Counted from the first letter of the stretch, positions 1-10,164 are shown. The stretch is DNA of 34,799 nucleotides from Octopus bimaculoides (GCF_001194135.2 NC_068982.1:61099217-61134015), one strand, 5' to 3'. Notes: generated by a model not told the origin, from the letters alone. Numbers and translations: made by a program.

Positions 1-20
1 ATATATATATATATATATAT

Positions 21-200
21 ATAGTCAATCCAAACATGAAAAAACAACAACGCGAGGATGTGGAGTAAGTACAGTGTTATTGGACTCTCAGGAAAGGGTA
101 GAAAAGAAAAAGGATTTCACGTTTCAAGTAAAGCTCTTCATCAGAAATATAGAAAAAGTCCAAAGAAGGGAAGATGGAGAAAGAAAATCACCAATGATAC
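21..200 (-). mobile_element. Interspersed repeat beside (AT)n, probably a Penelope-like pseudo-LTR fragment with a hammerhead-like motif
   Basis: Minus strand 148-114 reads ATTT-CTGATGA-A-GAGC-TTT-ACTT-GAAAC-GTG-AAAT, which resembles PLE terminal repeats. Confidence 0.5.
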
Positions 201-344
201 ACACACGAAATAATCACATGTCCAACCAGTCTATCAGATGCTATTACAAATTGCTGGTCACAATGCACTTTGCATTGTTTTAGCCTTCAAATGACATTAC
301 TCTGCTGGTTAGGTAGGTAGATCAACATTTTCCCCAGATCAAAA

Positions 345-476
345 AGGTGGACTTGGAGCAACCTGAAATGAAGTGTTTTGCTCAAGAACACAACATGCTG
401 CCTGGTCTGGGAATTGAACCCACAATCTAGTGATCATAAGTGCAACAGCCAAAACCACTAGGCTACACACCTTCAC
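345..476 (-). mobile_element. tRNA-derived SINE 5' part (family E, same head as 11206-11508)
   Basis: Minus strand: TAGCCTAGTGG (A-box-like), GGTTCAATTCC (B box), then GTGTTCTTGAGCAAAACACTT core. Confidence 0.7.
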
Positions 477-1104
477 ATATGTGTGTGTGTACATATATAT
501 ATACACACTCACACACAAACATTCATGTACACAAACACATATATTTATGTGTGTGTATATATACACATACGTATTTTCATGTATATTTATAAACATATAC
601 ACAGATATATATGCACACGCATATACAATGTGTATGTGTGTGTGTGTGCCATAGAGAAAAACTGTTTTCATATTGAGAGATTTTGTAGAGTATGTAAACA
701 AATTAAGTTACACAAGAAATTCTAATAACCATCATAAAAAGCAGAAAACACATGACAGCCTGCCACTGCGTGTCAAAATGCACAGGGTGACAGTAGCATT
801 GAGTCTGACCAGGGGTTTAATCAAGACTGCACAAAAAACAACAGTCATTCTCACTGCATATCATATGTTGTAGTTGTCACTGATGCATTAAATAAACTTA
901 CTGACACTGGCTACAGTTGATTATTACATTCATAGAGAGAAATTACTCATACACAGCTATTTTGATTTAACAAGTTATACTTGCAGTGTGAGTGTGTATG
1001 CGTGTGTGTGCATTTGTGTGTGTTACTACATATTTATGGATATTATAAAGTCTGTTAGTGTTTTTTTCTGAATTTAACCCATTAGTTACCAAATATATAC
1101 TAAC

Positions 1105-1670
1105 AACAGAGGCCGTATTAATACTGAGGGATAATACCTATCCCCATTTAAATATGGGTGTTCTGTTAGAACAAACTATACTGTGGTAGATATCATGAGA
1201 GAAACTGTCATATAGGCTTTTGGTGCAAAATGCACTCTTGTTTATATCGCTAATGGGGAGATAAATCCCTGCCATCTCCAGCACTGCGATTACCATCATG
1301 TGATTTTGACCTCCCTTGGTCTTGTCAATGATGGACACTCAACCACTAGAGATAGCAGTGACTCAGAACAGTGCCAGAACAGGTACTGCCAGTGAGCTTG
1401 TTGAAAAATATATATCAGTGGCAGAGGTAGTATTAATACCAAGAGATAATATTTATCTCCTCTTAGATGTTCTGTTAGAACATTTGGGGCAAAATGCACT
1501 CTTGTCTCAGTGCTGGAGATGGCAAGGATTTGTCTCCTCACTAGTGATATAAACAAGAGTGCATTTTGCACCAAAAGCCAATATGGGAATTTCTCTCAAG
1601 GTATCTATCATAGTATAGTTTGTTCTAACTGAGCATACATGTTTAAGTGAGTGTAAATATTATCTTTAGT
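1105..1670. mobile_element. Fold-back/MITE-like element with long inverted arms and an internal deleted direct copy of the left arm
   Basis: 1161-1286 matches the reverse complement of 1508-1633 at 111/126 positions ungapped (hand count), with weaker extension to ~1123 and ~1670; 1422-1506 is a shortened direct copy of the left arm. Confidence 0.75.
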
Positions 1671-2568
1671 TACCATATTTTTGTTGTAATACAATGTCTT
1701 TATCTCAATCAATTTTGAAAAGAAAGAATGAAGAATGTAACAAAGTATGTTAGGCATTTTTAAACTGGTAGTTGGAACATAAATAATACGAAATTTTGAT
1801 ACAAAGTTTTATTGTAGATTACTTTAAAACAAAGAGTTTGTTTCATAGAATCAGGAGAGCTCTCAAGAAGGTTCATATCAAACACTGAACTCAATGAAGA
1901 AACAGTTTTTGAGAGTAAGCCATGCTGCTTTTATCTAAAATCAACATATAAATAGCTGGGATTCAAAGGCTTTCATGCTTTTCATACATGGGTTGTAGAT
2001 CCCTTAGTAAGATCTTTTACTCTACTTTTACAGTTACACTCAAGATTGTGTTGTGTCCATTTATGGATCACTGTAACAACACTAAGAAATGTGTGTGGGG
2101 GGGGGTGTACATATTCTCTGATAATTATAAAGCATAATTCAATTTAGAAATGGAGGAATGTAAGATGGAAGTATATGGGAATGAGTATGTGAGAGAGAAA
2201 ATGTGCAGGTAGGTGAAAAAAAACATCAAAGATTAGTTGTGCTTGGGAAAGAGAGAATGGCATTGAGAGAGAGAGAGAGAGAGAGAGAGGTAGAGTGGAG
2301 GAGACTAGAAGAGAGGAAGTGGAAAAGAGAGTGGGAGTGATTGTGAGAGAAACAGAGTATTGTTATTTGGCTGCATTTATGAAATTCAATGACAATATAT
2401 TCAGGATCAATACAAGCATTATTTGAGGTATCATTAATATGCTATGAGATGGAAACTTCTAGAAACAAGCAGAGATCACATACTTCCTGTTATGTAAATA
2501 AACAGGTTCTAAAGCAAGTATACATAGCACACAATTATAATTAAAAAAAAAATGGAAATAGCTCTTAC

Positions 2569-2836
2569 CTAAAAGTTCTGCAACAGGTTTACTGAGCTGT
2601 GCACCAGCTCCAACATAATATTTCAGTCGGTTAAAGTTGACGGCTACTAAGCTCTCACCAAACTTATTCACGGTGGGATCGTAGGTACCAATTTGCTCAA
2701 TACATGTAGCATTTCGAGATTTTCGTTGGGGAATCACAATAATGTGAAAAAATGGCCGGTTCCTACATCCATAATAAGCAAATCGTATCATGAGGATATT
2801 TCGTGTTATCCTTTTAACTCCACTCAGTTGACCCAT
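2569..2836 (-). CDS. MRPS16: Coding exon of mitochondrial ribosomal protein S16 (bS16m); 89 codons + 1 nt, partial gene
   Basis: Translation MGQLSGVKRITRNILMIRFAYYGCRNRPFFHIIVIPQRKSRNATCIEQIGTYDPTVNKFGESLVAVNFNRLKYYVGAGAQLSKPVAELL-G has the S16 motifs (IR..G..NRPF..I.V; EQ.G.YDP; GAQ.SKPV..LLG). A polypyrimidine tract and TAG acceptor (2837-2839) sit directly before the ATG, and the donor G|GTAAGAG begins at 2568. The ORF-track tail (KSYFH...) is intron read-through. Confidence 0.95.
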
Positions 2837-2862
2837 CTATGAAGAGAAAAACAAAACAAAAA
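2837..2862 (-). promoter_or_regulatory. 3' splice site (polypyrimidine tract + TAG) of the MRPS16 coding exon
   Basis: Minus strand reads TTTTTGTTTTGTTTTTCTCTTCATAG|ATGGGT. Confidence 0.8.
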
Positions 2863-3147
2863 TACCATTTATTTGTTGTTATAACAAAATTAAATGCATA
2901 ATATAATGGGAAAATATCTGAAATTTTTACCCATGTATTCCCTCGTTATCCATATTTTCCCCAACAAATAGTGACAAACATATTCAAACTGAACATCAAT
3001 TATATTAATCCCACCAATATAAATGAAGAAAAAAAGAAAAGATACTATTTCCATTTCAAATAGATTGCAGAAGACAAAAATAGTAAATTTTTTTTTTAAC
3101 ATCTAAATTTGGTATTCTGAAAGTGAGACTGAATAATACACACTTAA

Positions 3148-3420
3148 CATCATCATCATCATCATCACCATCACCATCACCATCACCATCACCATCACCA
3201 TCACCATCATCGTTTAACGTCCACTTTCCATGCTAGCATGGGTTGGACGATTTGACTGAGGACTGCCGAACCAGATGGCTACACCAGGCTCCAATCTGAT
3301 TTGGCAGAGTTTCTAAAGCTAGATGCCCTTCCTAACGCCAACCACTCCGAGAGTGTAGTGGGTGCTTTTACGTGCCACCAGCAACGGCCACGCTCAAAAT
3401 GGTGTATTTTACGTGCCATA
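3148..3420 (-). mobile_element. RTE-type LINE 3' UTR with (GAT)n tail (family C), cut by a gap
   Basis: Homologous to 10581-11080, which carries the ORF2 C-terminus; (CAT/CAC)n tail on the plus strand and a 3' hairpin. Confidence 0.75.
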
Positions 3421-3424
3421 TATA

Positions 3425-3667
3425 NNNNNNNNNNNNNNNNNNNNNNNNNNNNNNNNNNNNNNNNNNNNNNNNNNNNNNNNNNNNNNNNNNNNNNNNNNNN
3501 NNNNNNNNNNNNNNNNNNNNNNNNNNNNNNNNNNNNNNNNNNNNNNNNNNNNNNNNNNNNNNNNNNNNNNNNNNNNNNNNNNNNNNNNNNNNNNNNNNNN
3601 NNNNNNNNNNNNNNNNNNNNNNNNNNNNNNNNNNNNNNNNNNNNNNNNNNNNNNNNNNNNNNNNNNN
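3425..3667. other. Assembly gap
   Basis: N run bounded by (TA)n. Confidence 0.95.
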
Positions 3668-3693
3668 ATATATATATATATATAAACATTTAG

Positions 3694-4050
3694 TTCTTGG
3701 GCAAGTGTCTTCTACTATAGTTTCAGAGCCAACCAAAGGCTTGTGAGTGGATTTGGTTCACGGAAACTGAAAGAACTTATCATGTATGTGTGTGTGTGTG
3801 TGTGTCAGTGTTTGTCCCCCACACCACACGACAACTGATCTTGGTGTGTTTACATTCCCATAACTTAGCAGTTCAGTAAAAGTGTCCAATAGAATAAAAA
3901 CCAGGCTTAAAAAAAGTACTGGGGTCAATTCATTCGACTAAAATTCCCCAGTATGGCTACAGTCTAATGACTGGACAAGAAGAAAAAAGACATGGCAGTG
4001 CCCCAGCATGGCCGCAGCCTCAAGGCTGAGACATATAAAAGAATACATAT
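3694..4050 (+). mobile_element. SINE family B, headless copy
   Basis: CTTGGGCAAGTGTCTTCTACTATAG...GTGAGTGGATTTGG...GGAAACTGAAAGAA-(TG)n body shared with the reverse complement of 8557-8965. Confidence 0.75.
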
Positions 4051-4057
4051 ACCTTCT

Positions 4058-4398
4058 ACCTTTTATTTGTTTCAGTCATTAGACTGCAGCCATGCAAGGG
4101 CACTACTTTGGATTTTTAGCTGAATGAATCAACCCTAGTGCCTTATTCTATCAGTCTCTTTTGCCGAACCACTAAGTTACAGGGATGTAAACACACCAAC
4201 ACCAGTTGTCAAGCGGTAGTGGTGGGACAAACACAGACACAAAGAGACACACACATAGTTTCAATTTCCCAAATCCACTCACAAGGCTTTGGTCAGCCCA
4301 AGGCTATAGTAGAAGACACTTGCCCAAAATACCATACAGTGGGACTGAACCCGGAATCATGTGGTTGGGGAGCAAGCTTCTTAACACACAACCAGTCA
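4058..4398 (-). mobile_element. SINE family B, near full length
   Basis: Collinear with 8557-8965; tRNA-like head at the right end. Confidence 0.8.
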
Positions 4399-4400
4399 TA

Positions 4401-4745
4401 TTTTTTTTTACTTGTTTCAGTCATTTGACTGCAGCCATGCTGGAGCANNNNNNNNNNGAGGCTATAGTAGAAGACATTTGCCCAAGGTGCCTTGCAGTGG
4501 GACTGAACCCAGAACCATGCGCTTGGGAAGCAAGCTTCTTACCACACAACCACTCCTAGATACAAAGAGATACAAACCATGCACACACAACACACACATA
4601 CATACACACATATGGGGCACTTTCAGTTTCTGTCAAACAATTCCGCTCCCAAGTCTTCGGTTGGCTCTGCACTATAATAGAAAAAAAACTTGCTCATGTT
4701 GCTACAGTGGGATTGAACCCAAAACCCACATGATTTGGAAGCAAG
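4401..4745 (-). mobile_element. SINE family B fragments (one spans the 10-N gap; partial copy at ~4615-4745)
   Basis: GAGGCTATAGTAGAAGACATTTGCCCAAGG...GGGACTGAACCC motifs repeated. Confidence 0.7.
4448..4457. other. Assembly gap (10 N)
   Basis: N run inside a SINE. Confidence 0.95.
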
Positions 4746-4919
4746 TTGCTGCTGCTGCTTCATCATCACCATCACCACCACTGCTATTACTTTTGGAGAA
4801 GACCTGTCCAACCCATATATGCATGGGAAAAAGTGTATGGTGACGACAATAACGACAACAACAAAAACAATGGTGACAATGAGAGTGACATTGATGATGA
4901 TACACACTTCAATGACATC

Positions 4920-5578
4920 GTTGTTGGCACTCTGTCGCTTACGACATCGAAGGTTCCAGTTGATCCGATCAACGGAACAGCCTGCTCATGAAATTAACGT
5001 GCAAGTGGCTGAGCACTCCACAGACACGTGCACCCTTAACGTAGTTCTCGGGGATATTCAGCGTGACACAGTGTGACAAGGCTGACCCTTTGAATTACAG
5101 GCACAACAGAAACAGGAAGTAAGAGTGAGAGAAAGTTGTGGTGAAAGAGTACAGCAGGGTTCGCCACCATCCCCTGCCGGAGCCTCATGGAGCTTTAGGT
5201 GTTTTCGCTCAATAAACACTCACAACGCCCAGTCTGGNNNNNNNNNNCGGAACAGCCTGCTCGTGAAATTAACGTACAAGTGGCTGAGCACTCCACAGAC
5301 ACGTGCACCCTTAACGTAGTTCTCGGGGATATTCAGCGTGACACAGTGTGACAAGGCTGACCCTTTGAATTACAGGCACAACAGAAACAGGAAGTAAGAG
5401 TGAGAGAAAGTTGTGGTGAAAGAGTACAGCAGGGTTCGCCACCATCCCCTGCCGGAGCCTCATGGAGCTTTAGGTGTTTTCGCTCAATAAACACTCACAA
5501 CGCCCAGTCTGGGAATCGAAATCGCGATCCTATGACCGCGAGTCTGCTGCCCTAACCACTGGGCCATTGCGCCTCCAC
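4920..5578 (-). mobile_element. tRNA-derived SINE family A, single insertion with 265 bp duplicated across a gap
   Basis: Head GTGGAGGCGCAATGGCCCAGTGG (A box) and TTTCGATTCCC (B-box-like); AAC tail; TSD core AATGACATC at 4911-4919 and 5581-5589. Confidence 0.85.
5238..5247. other. Assembly gap (10 N)
   Basis: N run between two overlapping SINE segments. Confidence 0.95.
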
Positions 5579-6405
5579 TGAATGACATCAGATTGGTATT
5601 ATTAAGCTATTCTACATGTTCTATCAACTGACATATCCTCATAAAAGCCCAAACATCATTCCAAGTTAAAGACTACAAACCAGTGTTTCCAAAATAATTG
5701 CAATGTTAAAGAGAAAAAAAAAAAAACAATGATTATGATAATAATGATGGTAATGACGATAGTGACATGCAAGTCCTATTTTTGTTACATAATTAGTAAA
5801 TAGTATTCAGTATTTTGTGAGCTACATAAAATTGTTAGGATGTGATGAAATAAATTTAGTTTTCAAAAATAAGATTTTGAGTCATTGAAGACAAAGTTGT
5901 TTATTAATTTTTTTCTTTTTTGCTCATTTTCCCAAAATGAATTGAAAGTCATTTAATACATAGTGATGGGGCTTTCTATATCATTCAACCATAATTTACT
6001 GTGTATCCTTTCTAATAGCCATTACTCATTTGTGCTGAATAAAGATTGTAATAATTTCTAAGAGAGAATTAAGAGTCATTTGTCAATATGTCCAGCAAAG
6101 TTTTTTTTAGAGTAAGAGAGAGAAAAAAAATCATCTCATATTTTGTGGCAGCAATCGTTCATTCATTTATTTATGCTTTTAACATCATATGGATGAACCT
6201 ATGAACATGGGTTTCATCTCCATCATAAAGTTCAGCATCCTGAGATCAGGCTTTACTACTTCTTCCAATGTTTGCTTTGGTCTGTCTCTTCAACAAGTTC
6301 CTTTACTTAGACCACTTGGCTCTCTTGCATATCATGATTATTTCTCCTTATTCTCAGGTTATCTATCAGCTCATATATGTTTTGTCTTGCGTGTATGCAA
6401 CAATA

Positions 6406-6784
6406 GTGGCGACGCAATGGCCCAGTGGTTAGGGCAGCAGACTTGCGGTCATAGGATTGCAGTTTCGATTCCCAGACTGGGTGTTGTGAGTGTTTATTGA
6501 GCGAAAGCACCTAAAGCTCCACGAGGCTCCAGCAGGGGATGGTGGCGAACCCTGCTGTACTCTTTCACCACAACTTTCTCTTACTTCCTGTTTCTGTTGT
6601 GCCTGTAATTCAAAGGGTCAGCCTTGTCACGCTGTGTCACGCTGAATATCCCCAAGAACTACGTTAAAGGTACATGTGTCTGTGGAGTGCTCAGCCACTT
6701 GCACGTTAATTTCATGAGCAGGCTGTTCCGTTGATCGGATCAACTGGAACCCTCGACGTCGTAAGCAACAGAGTGCCAACAACA
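6406..6784 (+). mobile_element. tRNA-derived SINE family A, full length
   Basis: A box TGGCCCAGTGG, B-box-like GTTTCGATTCCC, CCAACAAC tail; TSD ATGCAACAATA (6395-6405) / ATGCAACATTA (6785-6795). Confidence 0.85.
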
Positions 6785-6820
6785 ATGCAACATTAAAGGA
6801 ATGTTTGATATATAATTCAA

Positions 6821-7163
6821 CAGGGTGTGTAGCTCGGAGATCAGCAAATCGCTCCAGATCAAGATGCTACTTCTCCACATTGAAAGATTACAGCTCTGAT
6901 ATTATGGACATGTAAATAGAATGTTGCAGGAAAAAATTGCAAGATAGATTCTTCAAGCCAAATCCACTGGGAAAGAGCCTTAAGAGTAGACCAAGAATGA
7001 GTTGGTTGAATAATATCCATAGGCTCAATTGGTCACACATGAGAATCCAGCCAGAAAGTATAATTGTAGTTGCTTTTGATAGGACGTTATAGAGGATGTG
7101 CCTTAGGACTCTACCTCCACAACTCTACCAAGAATAGTGGGTGAAGAAGATGGATGAATGGAT
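6821..7163 (+). mobile_element. Decayed RTE-clade LINE ORF2 C-terminus with (GGAT)n-like tail (second RTE family)
   Basis: Translation with stops and a frameshift: RVCSSEISKSLQIKMLLLHIERLQL*YYGHVNRMLQEKIAR*ILQAK...SRPRMSWL...DRTL*R, matching the RTE pattern 'QLRWYGHV.RM...GRPR..W'. Confidence 0.75.
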
Positions 7164-8556
7164 ATCTTATAACCAACTCTAAGTTCATGTAAATAAGTAA
7201 CATAAGATCTAACATGAAATTTGGTAAAGAATTTTCTTTTACCCCTTTTTAATGTTAAATTCAGGAGTTCAATTAACTTCCTGGCAAAAAGAAAGAAAGA
7301 AATTAAATTTGCTCCATTGATATGAATATTATTTGACATCAGCACTACCTGAAAGAAGTCACTGAAATATAAACCGACCAGAGTAGGTTCAATTTCTGAT
7401 TACAGATGTGATAGCACTAGACTTTATTGAAAAATCATATTAGATAGGGAAAACTGGAACACTGTAAAGCCACCCTGCTGAGATAATGGCTGATGGAAAA
7501 AGTCGCTGATCTAATATTGGCACTTATTTATTGATTCTTTCGACTGCAACAGTGAAATACATACATCACTTTTGGATAATTCAACAAATACCTCTTACAA
7601 CTAAGTTTGTTCTGAGTTACAACTTCAATTTCTTCCTCAAGTTGATGCTACACATACAATGAACCAAACTCAATTCCTTCCTCTTTAACATCTATCAACT
7701 GATTTCAATTAATCAATTGGGATTAAGTATAAGTTCACTTGCGCTAAGCCTTATTATTTACTATTTCTTAAGGATTGAACTGCCTCTGAAATCAAACTTG
7801 TTGAAACGAGGGAGCCGTTAACACTGAAACCCTAATAATTAAACTGCCTAAATGTTTAACATATTAGATAATATCTACACCCCTAATATATCTACATACA
7901 ATATTCTTGAGAATCTTTGACAAAAAAAAAATAGGATACATTATTAGACGTACACATCTTTGATAATTTACAAGTGAAGATGGATACACCAATTACATAT
8001 GCATGTTTTGCTTGTGTATGTTTGTTTGCACATTGTGTGTGTAGTATGTGTGTGTGAGAATATGTGTATGTGTGTGTGTGGGTGTATACAAGTATGTGTG
8101 CGCAGGTGGTGGAAGAAGGCATGATTGACGAGAACATTTGTTGGAATGTATGTACATATAACGAGTCAAATAAATAAATAAATAGAATCTAAAAACTTAG
8201 AATGTCAGGTATGCTATGAATGATTAGAGAAATATGATGGGACTGAGGCAGGAGTTAGGGATGTGATGTAGTTTATTTAAAGCAAGAACTAAAGATCACT
8301 GATGAATGTTTGACACTCCCATCTTGTGTTCAGAAAATTTGAACTTACTAAGACTGGAATTTGAGAGGTGGGTTGTTGCAAAGTTCCACCACCAAAACAA
8401 AGCAAATGTGGGGTAGAGAGAGAGAGAGAGAAGAGTATAAGTGAATATAGTCTGAAGGACAATGAAAATAGCCACCCATGCAAAAAGAGACTAATGTTAC
8501 AGTTTTAAAGAAATCGCTTTCCAAAATCCTGAAAATAAATACAAATTCTTCAAACC

Positions 8557-8772
8557 TTACTCTTTTACTCTTTTACTTGTTTCAGTCATTTGACTGCGGC
8601 CATGCTGGAGCACCGCCTTTAGCCAAGCAGATCGACCCCAGGACTTATTCTTTGGAAGCCTAGTACTTATTCTATCGGTCTCTTTTGCCAAACCGCTAAG
8701 TTACGGGGATGTAAACACACCAGCATCGGTTGTCAAGCGATGTTGGGGGGACAAACACAGACACACAAACAT

Positions 8773-8807
<35 letters not shown>

Positions 8808-8965
8808 CATATATACGATGGGCTTCTTTCAGTTTCCGTCTACCAAATCCACTCACAAGGCTTTGATCAGCCCAAGGCTATAGTAGAAGACACTTGCCTA
8901 AGGTGCCACGCAGTGGGACTGAACCCAGAACCATGTGGTTGGTAAGCAAGCTACTTACCACACAG
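8557..8965 (-). mobile_element. tRNA-derived SINE family B, full-length and young-looking
   Basis: Minus strand: GTGTGGTAAGTAGCTTGCTTACCAACCACATGGTTCTGGGTTCAGTCCC head, CCTTAGGCAAGTGTCTTC core, internal (TA)n(TG)n, tail of GAGTAAAA repeats. Confidence 0.85.
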
Positions 8966-9167
8966 AAAAACAAATACATACAAAAATAAAACAAACAATA
9001 CATTACAGCAAAGAGAGACATTTTGAATCTTCAATCAAGGAATAGAGATATACCAGTTATATTACTATCAATAACAGCAATGCAAATGAGACCACATAAT
9101 AATAATAATTACTATGACGAAATGCTTAGCAGTATTTCACCAGATATATACATCTATATTCTGTATA

Positions 9168-9325
9168 TACAACAGGCTTCTTTCAGTTTCTGTCTATTGA
9201 ATCCACTTACAAGGCTTCGGTTGGCCTGAATTTATAGTAGAAAACACTTGTAAGATACTACTCAGTGGGACTGAACCTGGTCCATGTGATTGGGAAGTAA
9301 GCTTCTTACCACACAACCATGGCTG
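9168..9325 (-). mobile_element. SINE family B 5' half
   Basis: Similar to 8820-8965. Confidence 0.7.
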
Positions 9326-9840
9326 CACCTAAAGATATTGTTTCTAAATAACCTGCAGATACAAGTGCTAGCAGTTCACTGCTCTGTATACAAGACACTA
9401 GCAGACTTATTGGTTCACCAGGAGTGAATGTGTACAGGTTCAAGGCACTATTGTGCATTGGTCCCACTTCACTTAGATGAGGTCCCACTTGCCCATTCAT
9501 CTCTTTTTAACCAAATCCTGTGATTTGCCTTCTCCACTATAGTTTGAATACTGCTCATGATGGTATTTATTTTATGCTGGCTCAGGCCTAGTGACAACAG
9601 CCATCGCTTCATGCTGCTTCCAAGGAATCAAATACTAAAATAATATCAACTGGATTTGTACCTGCCAACTAAAATGCTTTGTTGAACTATATAAAATAAA
9701 AGTAAGCAGTCCGTAATGTTATGAAAAGATACGTATTTTCATTTTGTTCTCTCAAACTTTATTCCTTACCACCACCAATAACCATCACAAAAACCTTAGC
9801 CAAAGTAAAGAAACAGAAATTTACCTTTTCACAATTATCG

Positions 9841-9872
<32 letters not shown>

Positions 9873-10164
9873 TTCTCTTTTTCTCCTTAAATTAATATCA
9901 TGCTTCATATAGAGGAAGAATTTGCCAAAATCCACAGATGATTTTTATGAATACAGTACAAAAATATGTTCAATCAGTGGCAATTGAGAACTTCCTGTTA
10001 CACATGCACACGCACGCATGCACACACACACACACACATACATACATGAACAGTCCTCAAACATATGTAGAATATAGGTATATGTACACATACACACACG
10101 AATGAATGAAGATATGTGTGTATGTCTGATTGTTGGTATGCTCTCTCTCTCACTCTATATACAT

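Noticed and set aside
339-725. ORF-track proteins rich in YI/HT/CV repeats (also ~10000-10400, 10784-11259, 14393-14964, 28539-29342, 29644-29880, 30935-31225)
   Set aside because: They are translations of dinucleotide microsatellites and SINEs with no domain content.
1-2450. Search for the last MRPS16 exon (expected L.G..P.HP-like)
   Set aside because: No AG-preceded phase-1 frame with that similarity was found by eye; it probably lies left of the window.
2459-2568. C-terminal 36 aa of the 125-aa ORF
   Set aside because: It lies after a canonical GTAAG donor, loses S16 similarity and is T-rich intron sequence.
3279-3746. Long ORFs made of X (also 25869-26582 and 28539-29342)
   Set aside because: They exist only because N gaps contain no stop codons.
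6406-6480. tRNA-like sequences with A/B boxes (also heads of SINE B, D and E)
   Set aside because: They lack a complete cloverleaf and continue into SINE bodies with tails and TSDs, so they are not tRNA genes.
8106-8147. Possible 42-nt plus-strand exon (CAG|VVEEGMIDENICWN|GTATGT)
   Set aside because: No real polypyrimidine tract, no recognisable homology and no partner exons.
9306-9500. 64-aa ORF in moderately GC-rich sequence
   Set aside because: No recognisable domain, it ends inside a SINE, and there is no convincing acceptor.
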